DNA of 64,000 nt, taken from the IMG/VR virus record IMGVR_UViG_3300034082_002096; one strand, 5' to 3'. Below the pieces are notes generated by a model that saw nothing but the letters and a program-made list of their open reading frames with translations, was not told the DNA's origin and did no database searches. Positions 24,640 to 34,206 of this stretch are shown here, one piece after another; the stretch's first letter is position 1, and the number at the start of each line of letters is the position of its first letter. Source of the DNA: an uncultured virus (IMG/VR IMGVR_UViG_3300034082_002096) (taxonomy: Duplodnaviria; Heunggongvirae; Uroviricota; Caudoviricetes). The position numbers were made by a program, and so were the translations under genes.

Positions 24640-24755
24640 GCCAACGATACGATAAATCGTATCTCACAGTCATTACAACTGTGTGGCTATCTATTATAAA
24701 AGCCCATCGCCGTTTCAGCGTTCCTTTCGGAGCATTCACGTAGGGCTTAACCAAA

Positions 24756-24914
24756 TTTTCAAAGAGCGTTTTTATCTTATGTTCGTATCTTACTACGATT
24801 CGTTTTGTTTGTCAAGAACTTTTTTCATCATTCTCAACGTTTTTTTGGACAACTCTGAATTTCTTCTTTGCTTTTCGATGCTTAAACTATAACCGATTCG
24901 GTTAGTATTGTCAA
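24756..24914 (-). promoter_or_regulatory. tandem GANTC-containing sigma70 promoters (24787-24815, 24886-24914) plus boxA-like site (24756-24767), heading the tRNA region
   Basis: TTGACA-N7-CGAATC-N4-TAAGAT; TTGACA-N8-CGAATC-N3-TATAGT; GCTCTTTGAAAA. Confidence 0.8.
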
Positions 24915-25001
24915 GCGTTTCTTTTAGTTTGTAGTTTATTTAGGGATTTTATTTAGTTGTTACTACTTAAAATATCAAATGGTAACAACTTTTTTATATT
25001 A

Positions 25002-25505
25002 TTAAACAGTTTGCGTGGTTTTTGCACGAGAACTTTTCATAGCTTCACGAACAGCTTCAACCATATTATCGTCATGAGTTGCGGTTGCTGCGATCCATGC
25101 ACTGAATTCTACGATTTCAGTTGCAGTTTGAAGCATAGTGTATTTGACAATATTAATTGCCTTTTGTTGTTTATAAAATTTATCCATGTATTGAGAATAC
25201 TTCTCGTTATCATTTTTCAGATCGGCAACCGCATTTTCACCAAGGTTGTAAAATTCGACTTCGGCAGAGGTAAATGCACGATTTTTCTTGAATGCATTGT
25301 GGATCATATACGCACGGAATTCCAGTGACATTTTATATGTTTCCTTGCTGACGTGTTGTGCAATTGCAAATTTGTCAAGAGCATCTGTGTCAAAATCGTT
25401 AATATGATTATCGTAAAACTTGAATGCACGTTGTGCAATTTTACGGTTATGCTTGATCATCTTGGCAAGATGTTTAGCGGTGTATTTTGCTTCCATTCCG
25501 TTCAT
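25002..25505 (-). CDS. hypothetical protein
   Basis: AAGGA RBS; GANTC promoter at 25550-25578. Confidence 0.75.
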   Translation of the reverse strand: MNGMEAKYTAKHLAKMIKHNRKIAQRAFKFYDNHINDFDTDALDKFAIAQHVSKETYKMSLEFRAYMIHNAFKKNRAFTSAEVEFYNLGENAVADLKNDNEKYSQYMDKFYKQQKAINIVKYTMLQTATEIVEFSAWIAATATHDDNMVEAVREAMKSSRAKTTQTV

Positions 25506-25574
25506 TTTGTATTCCTTAGATTGTTTGTTTGTTTGTTTCGTATGTAGACAACTTAGCTGATTCGTTTGGTAGTG

Positions 25575-26084
25575 TCAAGCAGTTTCGTATTTCTCTAGTT
25601 CGGCCAACAAAATATTTTCGATTAGCTGGTTGAACGTAATATCTTCTTTGTGAGCCATTTGCATCAACACAAACAATACGTCATGTGGAAGGTCCAATGA
25701 AATAATAACTCGTTCATCATATGGCTGCCCATTCAAGATGGCAGTTGCTTTTTCAATAAAATCTTCATCAACATCAAGATCAATATAAAGCGTATCATCG
25801 TATGCTTGTGAATGATCTACATTGCGAGATTCTGCCTCGTAAATATAATCGTCTTTGTAATCTGGATTAATAATCCGATAGCAATTGTTTTTTGAATAAT
25901 CACAAATGGTTGCTTCATATACTTCTTGTGTTATACAGTCAAACAGTAAACTGAATGATACCTCATTTGGGTTAGTTTCAAAATCCAAATATCGAGCATT
26001 AGGTCCAAAACATTTCCATTGATATTCGGCTCCACCAGTAATTTGGTATTTTCCGAGTTTTATTGCAGCTTCAAGGGTAATCAT
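25575..26084 (-). CDS. hypothetical protein
   Basis: Y.ITGG.EY.W.CFGPNA motif; AGGAG RBS; GANTC promoter at 26109-26137. Confidence 0.8.
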   Translation of the reverse strand: MITLEAAIKLGKYQITGGAEYQWKCFGPNARYLDFETNPNEVSFSLLFDCITQEVYEATICDYSKNNCYRIINPDYKDDYIYEAESRNVDHSQAYDDTLYIDLDVDEDFIEKATAILNGQPYDERVIISLDLPHDVLFVLMQMAHKEDITFNQLIENILLAELEKYETA

Positions 26085-26152
26085 AATTAATCTCCTATGT
26101 TGTTTTTTATCTTACTTGATTCGGTAATATTTGTCAACTGATAAATAACGGT

Positions 26153-26437
26153 ATGTTCATATATGTAATCGGAAATAAAACAAATCGTCAAAAAATTGGG
26201 TTCAGTCAAGATGTTCACAAAAGGCTGTCTTCTATTCAAACTGGTAATCCAGAAAAACTATACTTACATCATTATGTAAGTGTTCCTAAAGATCGCGTTA
26301 GATTATTAGAAAAGAAAATACACACAGAAATGAGTTACAAAAGAATAAGTGGAGAATGGTTTAATATGTCTCCATCAGAAGCAATAGCATTTTTGGATTT
26401 TTCAGTTATACGTTGGTTAGAAGATACTCTACTTTAA
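26153..26437 (+). CDS. GIY-YIG / T5orf172-like nuclease domain protein
   Basis: FIYVIG...KIGFS....RL..IQTGNP...E...H......GEWF. Confidence 0.88.
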   Translation: MFIYVIGNKTNRQKIGFSQDVHKRLSSIQTGNPEKLYLHHYVSVPKDRVRLLEKKIHTEMSYKRISGEWFNMSPSEAIAFLDFSVIRWLEDTLL

Positions 26438-26847
26438 CTTTCTAATAGGCACATAACTTGTTCTTGTTTGAAATACTTATCGTCGTTAACTAGTCTTTTA
26501 ATATGCGGAACAATATATCCAACTTCTTTACTATATTTTACCACAGTATTATAATCTGGGTGTATTCCCAATACATATACAATATTTGGGTAATCTTTAA
26601 GCATAGCATCTTTAGAAAATAAAAAACGTTTTCTATCTACGCGATATATTCCTGTTGGTGTTGGGTATACATCAAATCCTATATATTTACTTTGTGCCCT
26701 AACTTTTATCATAGTATCTTCGTAATCGTAAATTTTACGGTGATCAATCTTTATACTAAGATGTTTTTTAAATGTCTTTAACAATTTATTTGTTAAGTCA
26801 GTGAATTGGGATTCTGAAATATATTCATATTCTTCCATTATTTTCAT
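26434..26847 (-). CDS. hypothetical protein
   Basis: 137-aa ORF. Confidence 0.6.
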   Translation of the reverse strand: MKIMEEYEYISESQFTDLTNKLLKTFKKHLSIKIDHRKIYDYEDTMIKVRAQSKYIGFDVYPTPTGIYRVDRKRFLFSKDAMLKDYPNIVYVLGIHPDYNTVVKYSKEVGYIVPHIKRLVNDDKYFKQEQVMCLLES

Positions 26848-27054
26848 TCTTGTTTTTGATATTTTTCGTAAATTGGATTGTATTTGTCGCTGAATGTGAA
26901 AAGGTCTTCATCACTATATCCAGAATCAGAAATTGCTTCAATGACAATAGTTTCGTCATCGTCATGGCAAAAATCTTCGCAAGCAATGTCGTTTTCCATA
27001 GTATACTCCATTCTACTGTTAACTAGGTATATGTGATTCGGTAGGTGATGTCAA

Positions 27055-27531
27055 CTACCAATGTGGGTTTGCTTCTTGATGTGTTCCTAAAAAAATCCAT
27101 CGTAGCGTATTTGGATTTCCGCTTTCTACATAAAATAGAGTAATAATTTTTTTACCCATTAGGTGTGCACTATATGATCCAGCAAACTTAGGATCACGTC
27201 TAATTATATGAACATTAAATTGGGGAGGATAAATTTCATGTGATGGTTTTTTATCTTGTGAAATTATAAACTGTTCTAACTGTTTTAATTCTTCGATTAC
27301 CCTTGGATTATTAATATGTTTCTTAATACCTTTTTTAAAAGCATTAGAATAGTCTACGTCCCATTTTTCAGTTTTTAATGGTTGTAAATTTTCCATATCT
27401 TCTGTAATAGTATTTTCAAAAGTAAATAATTCATCTAAAGAATATTCTTCTGTTATTTGTTTAATTAATGATGTTTTTAATTCTATATTTTCTAGTATAT
27501 TAATTAAATTTCTTATATAATCTGATGACAT
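27055..27531 (-). CDS. RelE/YafQ-like ribonuclease domain with N-terminal leader
   Basis: YSNAFKK..KK, H......GSYSAHL and LRWIFLGTHQE match the YafQ pattern; leader IRNLINILE. Confidence 0.65.
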   Translation of the reverse strand: MSSDYIRNLINILENIELKTSLIKQITEEYSLDELFTFENTITEDMENLQPLKTEKWDVDYSNAFKKGIKKHINNPRVIEELKQLEQFIISQDKKPSHEIYPPQFNVHIIRRDPKFAGSYSAHLMGKKIITLFYVESGNPNTLRWIFLGTHQEANPHW

Positions 27532-27535
27532 ATTA

Positions 27536-28480
27536 TTATCTTTCTCTTTTAGAAGGTTCTTGAATCATTTTTCCATCTGGAGTCATTAATCCAGGAAAAT
27601 CACCGATTCTACTATGCCATTGATCTACGAATTTAGATGGCAAAGGTGATTTTCCATAATGTAATTTAAGTGGTATATTATGTAATTTCTTATCACGTTC
27701 AATAACAAAGAGAATTTTATTAGCACCACTGTATGTTACTGGTTCTGTTATTCTAAGGACGTGATTAAATTGGTTTGGTTGTTCAATTGCAGTTTCATTA
27801 TAATATTTTGTTACTTTATCTTTTTGTGCTAGTAGATTATTTTCAGCTTCATTTACTGATGGGATATTATCTGGTTTATTTTTTACACGATATAAAGGTG
27901 AATACCATTCTTTACCACCAGATTCTTTTTCCCCATGAGCAATTATTCTCATTACAAAAGAATCAAATAAATCGTCTAATATTTTTTCTGGAATTGGCTT
28001 TTTTTCATTTTTTGTTAGATTATTATGAAGTATTGTTTTAAATTTTTCTTTTGCTTGTTGGATATGACTTGGATTATCAAAAAATGTTTGGGCTAATATA
28101 TCTGCTCTTTCGGAATATATTCCGCTTCCCATCGCATTAGAAAATGAAGCATTTATGGTATAAGTAACACTATCTTCATCTGCATGTGCTTGCTGTTGCT
28201 GTATTTGTGCAATTATTATTAACTCTTCACCTTTGAATTTGTTTGATGTTCTCCATGCAGATGAAGTCGCTGTTAGTAAATTACTAGTCCAATATGATCC
28301 TTCAAGGCTAACTCTAGATTGAGAAATCATACTAACGTCAGGGTCTACGCCCCATGATTTAGATTTTGGAGTAGGAACCAAGCCATTTTTTAATATTGAT
28401 TGTAAAAATGCAGTTGATGTTCCATGAAACATTATGTTTGGTTTGCGAAATTTCGCTTCTACTAATTCATGATATCTCAT
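27536..28480 (-). CDS. ADP-ribosyltransferase-fold protein (HGT motif), probably virion-packaged
   Basis: MFHGTS...SILKNGL...G.YWT....A; N-terminus MRYHELVEA; ATAAATA upstream. Confidence 0.6.
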   Translation of the reverse strand: MRYHELVEAKFRKPNIMFHGTSTAFLQSILKNGLVPTPKSKSWGVDPDVSMISQSRVSLEGSYWTSNLLTATSSAWRTSNKFKGEELIIIAQIQQQQAHADEDSVTYTINASFSNAMGSGIYSERADILAQTFFDNPSHIQQAKEKFKTILHNNLTKNEKKPIPEKILDDLFDSFVMRIIAHGEKESGGKEWYSPLYRVKNKPDNIPSVNEAENNLLAQKDKVTKYYNETAIEQPNQFNHVLRITEPVTYSGANKILFVIERDKKLHNIPLKLHYGKSPLPSKFVDQWHSRIGDFPGLMTPDGKMIQEPSKRER

Positions 28481-28541
28481 TATAAATCCTTTTCCTTTTA
28501 TTTATCAAGAAAAGAAAAAACCCACACTAGGTGGGTTTAGT

Positions 28542-28763
28542 TTAAAATCCTACATTTTTTACTTGTTCTTTTAACATATTACAAAACTCATCAATATCTT
28601 TAATATCAAAAGCCCATCGTTCAGTCGAAATAATAACATATGGTCCTGCACCACCATCGTTGATTTCAACAAGTAGTATTTGATCATTATATCCATCTTG
28701 TAGTGTATCTTTATCTTGAATGAATTCAAGTTTTTTACTACATAGTTTTGCACCAGCATACAT
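28542..28763 (-). CDS. hypothetical protein
   Basis: DGGAGPYVIISTERWAFD. Confidence 0.7.
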   Translation of the reverse strand: MYAGAKLCSKKLEFIQDKDTLQDGYNDQILLVEINDGGAGPYVIISTERWAFDIKDIDEFCNMLKEQVKNVGF

Positions 28764-28782
28764 ATTATATTCTCCATGTTAG

Positions 28783-28808
28783 AAAAAGCGGGATTTCTCC
28801 CGCTTTTT
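28783..28808. terminator. intrinsic terminator after rIIB
   Basis: AAAAAGCGGGA-TTTC-TCCCGCTTTTT. Confidence 0.85.
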
Positions 28809-28812
28809 ATTA

Positions 28813-29640
28813 TTACGAGTTTGCTGTTTCCATTACAACTTCATCAAATGCTTCATCTGGATTTACTCCAAGTTCAGCAATGACTTCGTAGCTACATGCA
28901 CGACCTTTACTACGATTGTAGTCAGATGGAATGCTTACTACATCACGTGGATTAATCTTTAGGATCATAACACGTTCTCCACCAAAGCTACCAAGATACT
29001 CTTTAGAGCAGAAATGCAATCCTTCGCTACAAGTTTGATTTTTATCATCATTTACTTCATTGCGAGGCATAGAAATAACAGTAACGCCATTTTCAACGTT
29101 TACAGTAACTTCTTTTTTCTTTCCACTTACGAGCGGAAGTGATGCGGTTTCTTCTGGGGTAAAAGTAGCTGCTACTTTGTTTAGAACAGTTCCGCTATGA
29201 ACATCTAGGTAATCAGTGCGAACTTTCTTGTAAGCAAGGAATTGACCATCTGGCGTAATAGGCAGAGTATTCTTTTCAAGGAATTCATACAGTTCATTGA
29301 CTGCACGATAGCTTGGGTTTTGCATCAGGTTTTCCATGAAAAGAACCAGTGGTTCAATTGGGAAACCATCTTGGAACATCTGGATCATGCGGCGAGATAG
29401 TGAATTGTGGAATTCACGACCTTTCCAATATAGAGTTTCGCCTTTGATACTGATATTACCAGCACCATAAGAAAGAATAACTTTCTTTGGTTCTACTGTA
29501 TTTTTTACAGTTTCCCAGTCACCAATTTTGATTGCATCTAGGACTTTGTTAAAAGCAATATGTCCCTTGTTAATAGTATGGGAATTTGCCCCAATCACTA
29601 CAACAATGTTATTGCCTTGAATAATATATGGATATGACAT
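28813..29640 (-). CDS. rIIB: rIIB lysis inhibitor-like protein
   Basis: NPS....ELY.FL, ITPDG.FLAYK.V, MPR..V.DD...TCS.GLHFCS, P.DVVSIP.DY..SKGR.C.Y. Confidence 0.92.
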   Translation of the reverse strand: MSYPYIIQGNNIVVVIGANSHTINKGHIAFNKVLDAIKIGDWETVKNTVEPKKVILSYGAGNISIKGETLYWKGREFHNSLSRRMIQMFQDGFPIEPLVLFMENLMQNPSYRAVNELYEFLEKNTLPITPDGQFLAYKKVRTDYLDVHSGTVLNKVAATFTPEETASLPLVSGKKKEVTVNVENGVTVISMPRNEVNDDKNQTCSEGLHFCSKEYLGSFGGERVMILKINPRDVVSIPSDYNRSKGRACSYEVIAELGVNPDEAFDEVVMETANS

Positions 29641-29680
29641 GTTTTATCTCCGTTTCATGTTTGTTTGAGTTTAGTTAGTT

Positions 29681-31855
29681 TTAGTTATCAATCATATTGA
29701 TGTATTCTGCAACGAATTGATGTTTTGCTTTATAATCAATGTGTTCTAGTAGTGGATATTTTGTAGTAAAGTCTTTAATTTGGGTAGTTATTTTTTGCAT
29801 AAACGTATCAGTAGTGACATTACCACCATAAATCTTACAAAGTTTTGACAATGAATGTGTGTCCATTGATCCTGTTGCGTTTTTACATTTAGCCATAAAC
29901 TTAACATAATCACTGTCTGCGTTGTTTACTATCTTTGCTACAGATTCACCGAAATTAAACAAATTTGAACTCAATGTTTTCTTTGCATATGATCCGATAA
30001 GAGATTCCACATCTACTGATGTAATTGCAGAAACCAGATGATCTTGAATGTTAATCCAATTTTTCATAGTTTTTACTTCATCAATGTCTGCTTTACGAAT
30101 TCCATAGATAGTGCCAACATTAGAAAGAGTTGACATTCCACAACTTTTAATATCTTCCAACAACTCTTTAATATCAGTTAGTGGGTAGTTATCATGGTGT
30201 ATAGGAGTATACCCTTTCACTGGAATATAGTAGTAATTTTTACTTTTGTCAAGTGTTTTTATATCTTGGATTGGCTCCCACACATAATTTTTATTACGAT
30301 ACGCACTAGTAGTAGTTAGTTTCATCGCAGTAACAATATATGTATTCTTTTCGCGTGATTCGCGGGGTTTTTCGATCATATCACTTCCAGCAATTATACA
30401 TGATTTTGGTGGATTGTAAATATCTTCGAAAAACTTATCAAACAAAGCAGGATTATCAGACTTAACTGGTGATAGAATGTATACACATGTTGTTACACCT
30501 CTTACACCAGAAGCGTTTACAGATTCTTTGTAATGATATTTAGCATGTTCAAGACCACCACGGAACTTATCATATTTAACAAAATTTATGTTTTTGCTAA
30601 TATTCAATGACCATAATTCTATATATTCTCTTAGCGTATGGTCATATTCTTTTGACATTTTAAGTGGAGTAACCCGATCACCATGATAAGTTGGTGGGCA
30701 AAATCCAGAGATTTTAATATTGTATTCACTTTCTAACTTTTTTTCTGTAAATTTAACAGATTTAAAATCTACTCCATAACTATTTGCATCCAAAATAGAA
30801 TTAAGTGCGTTATTTGAACGGATATAGTTTTTGATACTGTTTTGCCATAATCCAATAGAATACTTCTTCTTTAGAAAATTCCCACGTTCCCAAAGATTTA
30901 CAATAGCATTTGCTTCTATAATAAGTAGTCCATCGAGTTTGTCTTGCAGAACTTGCAGTTTTTTACGAATTGCATTAATAGTTTCTTTGGTATATGACAA
31001 GCCTTCACGCGAAGCTTGAAAATCAAGTTCACCAATATCAAAACGAATTTCAATACCTTTTTTAAGGTGAACAGCAAGTGTGCCCAAGTTTGAATCAATA
31101 TTTGGAACATCAATTGGATAGGGAATATTTCCCATTACTGCAATACTATTATAATCATATCCATAATAATTATCATAATCAATGACATTGATTCCTTTAA
31201 CAACGTCAACTTCAAGATATTTCAATTGACGAATAGTACATGATGCACCAGTCATGTTTGGTTTTATTGGAAAATATGCCAATACTTCTGATGTTTCGCT
31301 ACGGAATTTATCATAATCACTACGAATGTCTACAGCAAATTTTACTTCAACCCCATCTGGTTCATCTGTTTCTGCATCTGCCATACGGGCAACAGAAGGA
31401 ACTCCATATTCATTAATAAACGCAGAGTAAATTCCTTTAATACCATTAAAGATAGCAGTGACTGTAAAATTATCAGTATATGAAAATGGAGACTTTGAAC
31501 CAAGACCAAGTGCACCAATAAATTCATTAGAGTTTGTTTTTGTTGATTCAAAATATGTGGTATAGATATTGATTACTTGTTCATGCGAAAGACCAGTGCC
31601 ATAATCACGAATTGCAAAATATGGTTCAAAGGTAGTTGGCAAATGCAGATCAAAAGGAACATCTTTTTTACCTGCTGCAATATGGCTATCTACTGCATTG
31701 CACGACAATTCTCGAATAATTGCCCGAATTTTGTTTGCATAAAGTCCTGATGATAGAATAGCAAATGCTTTTGCAGAATTCTTAATTTTGAATTCTCCAA
31801 TTTCACTCACATTTCCTAATACTGCGATATTATCTGGTGCTGAATTGATAATCAT
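29681..31855 (-). CDS. rIIA: rIIA protein (N-terminal GHKL ATPase)
   Basis: LY.NKIRA.IREL..NA.DSH, DYGTG, STK, GALGLGSKSPF.Y and SREGLSY; adjacent to rIIB. Confidence 0.93.
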   Translation of the reverse strand: MIINSAPDNIAVLGNVSEIGEFKIKNSAKAFAILSSGLYANKIRAIIRELSCNAVDSHIAAGKKDVPFDLHLPTTFEPYFAIRDYGTGLSHEQVINIYTTYFESTKTNSNEFIGALGLGSKSPFSYTDNFTVTAIFNGIKGIYSAFINEYGVPSVARMADAETDEPDGVEVKFAVDIRSDYDKFRSETSEVLAYFPIKPNMTGASCTIRQLKYLEVDVVKGINVIDYDNYYGYDYNSIAVMGNIPYPIDVPNIDSNLGTLAVHLKKGIEIRFDIGELDFQASREGLSYTKETINAIRKKLQVLQDKLDGLLIIEANAIVNLWERGNFLKKKYSIGLWQNSIKNYIRSNNALNSILDANSYGVDFKSVKFTEKKLESEYNIKISGFCPPTYHGDRVTPLKMSKEYDHTLREYIELWSLNISKNINFVKYDKFRGGLEHAKYHYKESVNASGVRGVTTCVYILSPVKSDNPALFDKFFEDIYNPPKSCIIAGSDMIEKPRESREKNTYIVTAMKLTTTSAYRNKNYVWEPIQDIKTLDKSKNYYYIPVKGYTPIHHDNYPLTDIKELLEDIKSCGMSTLSNVGTIYGIRKADIDEVKTMKNWINIQDHLVSAITSVDVESLIGSYAKKTLSSNLFNFGESVAKIVNNADSDYVKFMAKCKNATGSMDTHSLSKLCKIYGGNVTTDTFMQKITTQIKDFTTKYPLLEHIDYKAKHQFVAEYINMIDN

Positions 31856-31911
31856 TTACGTCCTCATAGGTTTCTAATATGGTTATACACTACATCATGA
31901 TTCGAATGTTG

Positions 31912-32358
31912 TCAAGTGTTATGTTTGCTTTTGGTTTTTTCGTAGTTTGTAAGTGTTTCTGTTATTTTTATTTCTGTTAGCATTTTGTCATAGTTCTCAT
32001 AAGATAATTGTTTCAAATCTGGGTATAGATTTTCTCGTCTATTATCACGATTATCTATTTTTATTTTGTGATTTATAGAATTATACAAAAATTTATTATC
32101 GGTATATTCGTTATATGGAACATGCTCTACTGTTTTTTCTGGACGGATAAATATTGTTCTAGTATGTTCTACTATTCTGCCATCCCCTTTGCATTTATCG
32201 CATATATGCCGTGTGGTTTCGTAGTCTCCTTTATGATAGTCAACTAATTCTTCGGTTATATATGTGCCAATGCCATTGCATTTGTTGCATATAATTACTT
32301 CTGCTTTTTCTTCGAATGTCAAAGAAGTATATTTTAGAAGTTCTTCAAATGTTTTCAT
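31912..32358 (-). CDS. DnaJ-type zinc-finger protein
   Basis: CNKCNGIG and CDKCKGDG. Confidence 0.7.
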   Translation of the reverse strand: MKTFEELLKYTSLTFEEKAEVIICNKCNGIGTYITEELVDYHKGDYETTRHICDKCKGDGRIVEHTRTIFIRPEKTVEHVPYNEYTDNKFLYNSINHKIKIDNRDNRRENLYPDLKQLSYENYDKMLTEIKITETLTNYEKTKSKHNT

Positions 32359-32579
32359 TATATGCCTAATATCTTTTCACAACTTTCACTTAATCCTTTA
32401 TGTGGATTTTGCTGAATAAATTCTTTTACTTGTCCAAAATAAAAGGCAGCGTCGTTATTTTCATTTTTTTCTAATGCAATTTCACATTTTTCCATGAAAT
32501 CAATTAGTGCTTTTAATGAAATCATGCCATCATTTGGCATTGCTGCACGATGCATGTTAGCTGGTCGTTGATTGCTCAT
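32358..32579 (-). CDS. hypothetical protein
   Basis: ORF coupled to the downstream start. Confidence 0.65.
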   Translation of the reverse strand: MSNQRPANMHRAAMPNDGMISLKALIDFMEKCEIALEKNENNDAAFYFGQVKEFIQQNPHKGLSESCEKILGI

Positions 32580-32591
32580 AAGTTATCCTTA

Positions 32592-33023
32592 TTATCCATA
32601 TTGTAATATTATTTCAATTTTTTCTTGTTTATTGAGAGTTGCAATTATACTCCATCTTTCGAAATCATATTGCTTGCCTTTCCACCAGTATTCTTTTATA
32701 TTACCGTTAATTACTGCTGGTCCACTATTTCTATGGCGATCACCATTAAAATACCATTCTTCATCGGTATCGTTGCGAATAATTGCTGGATTATTTTCCC
32801 TATGAAGTTTACCATTTTTATACCAAAATTTTATATTAAAATAAGATAATGCTGGATAATCATTTGGACTATCCAGTTTTCCTAATCTACGCCATTCATA
32901 TCCTATATTACCATTAATATGATATTGATATTTGTAATATGTTTTTAAAAAACCATTAGTGTCTAAAAATTCTTTAGATTCTAACATAATTTTATTTTCC
33001 ATAGCTATACCTAGTTGATACAC
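32592..33023 (-). CDS. MORN-like repeat protein
   Basis: Repeats WY.NG..HR...PA.I. Confidence 0.75.
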   Translation of the reverse strand: MYQLGIAMENKIMLESKEFLDTNGFLKTYYKYQYHINGNIGYEWRRLGKLDSPNDYPALSYFNIKFWYKNGKLHRENNPAIIRNDTDEEWYFNGDRHRNSGPAVINGNIKEYWWKGKQYDFERWSIIATLNKQEKIEIILQYG

Positions 33024-33054
33024 CTTATAGTATAGACCAATTGGCCCTTTAATT

Positions 33055-33294
33055 TTATGCAGTAATGCTATGGTTCAGATATTCAATCAACGTTTTGTGA
33101 TTAAAGTTAGAACCTTTCAGTGGCTTGGTTGGCATACCAAGGTGAATCCAAAGTTTGAAATCATCATCGGACATTTCTTCATAAGAGGACCAATGAATAT
33201 GTTTGCGTTCCCCCGTTGGAGTAATCACATAGTGGTAAATCTTACGAACATCTTCTTCTTTGTCGTGTTCGTATGCATAGGTATAGCCGTTCAT
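33055..33294 (-). CDS. hypothetical protein
   Basis: AAGGA RBS; promoter at 33333-33361. Confidence 0.7.
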   Translation of the reverse strand: MNGYTYAYEHDKEEDVRKIYHYVITPTGERKHIHWSSYEEMSDDDFKLWIHLGMPTKPLKGSNFNHKTLIEYLNHSITA

Positions 33295-33778
33295 TTTGAA
33301 ATTCCTTGGTTTGTTACTTATCAGATAGGTTATTAATACAGTGATTCTACTTACTTGTCAAGTAGATAGTAGCATCAGGCATACGTTTTTATGTTTACTG
33401 ATTCCGCCCAAATTCGCTTTGTCATAATGTTTTTTTCTTTTGCTTCTTGCTTTGTGATAAAAATACCATCTTCTTTGTGTCCAGTCCATGTTTTGACCAG
33501 AACAATTTCACCCATAATATTTTCAACATAGATAATAAACATTTGACTTTCCTTTATATTATTCTACTACATCATATATACGATTTTTTCGCATATACGA
33601 CACAAGCCGTTCGACATCATAAATATTATATTTTTCACAATCTATATTATCATATATGTCCATTGCAATTTCTATATCAGAACTATTTGCAAATAATTCT
33701 GCAATATCTTCTATTGAATATTCGTTTTCATTAGTTAGATAGTTATTTATTTTTTCTTCTATGTGTTTCATACATCTC

Positions 33779-34183
33779 TCAATATAAATTTAATTTTTTA
33801 AGAATCATCTTGATCATAGGGTGTTCACGATCAGATGTATATACATATGCACATGTATCAACTGGGATCAAATGCATAATTTTTCCATCCCTAACAGGAT
33901 AAGATGGATCATGAACAATACCAGCAATAAACGATTTTGATAGAATTTCTACACAATCACGCATTTCTTGTTCTGTAACACCAAGAACAATAGTAGTTCC
34001 GAACCCTTGATCAGTATGTGATTCCCAGAATGAGAAATCCTCAATAGTAACTTTATCTGTAATTTTTGTCATTACATGATGCTTGGCAGCATTAGATGCA
34101 TGTGCAGCTTGGGCACATGCTTTTCCTGCGGTCATTGACTCCATGTCGTTTCGCATCAGAATATATAGTGTTTCTTTAGACAT
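33779..34183 (-). CDS. peptidyl-tRNA hydrolase, PTH2 type
   Basis: LYILMR.D...M..GKA.AQAAHA motif. Confidence 0.8.
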   Translation of the reverse strand: MSKETLYILMRNDMESMTAGKACAQAAHASNAAKHHVMTKITDKVTIEDFSFWESHTDQGFGTTIVLGVTEQEMRDCVEILSKSFIAGIVHDPSYPVRDGKIMHLIPVDTCAYVYTSDREHPMIKMILKKLNLY

Positions 34184-34206
34184 ATTTTTCTCCTTAGTTT
34201 TTGTGT

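Noticed and set aside
1713..24892. ORF-track entries overlapping tRNAs or ncRNAs (e.g. 1713+, 2334+, 2557+, 4249+, 4218-, 13618+, 15160+, 20116-, 20234-, 21261+, 21414-, 22245+, 23782+)
   Set aside because: Shadow frames across RNA genes, with no RBS or protein motifs.
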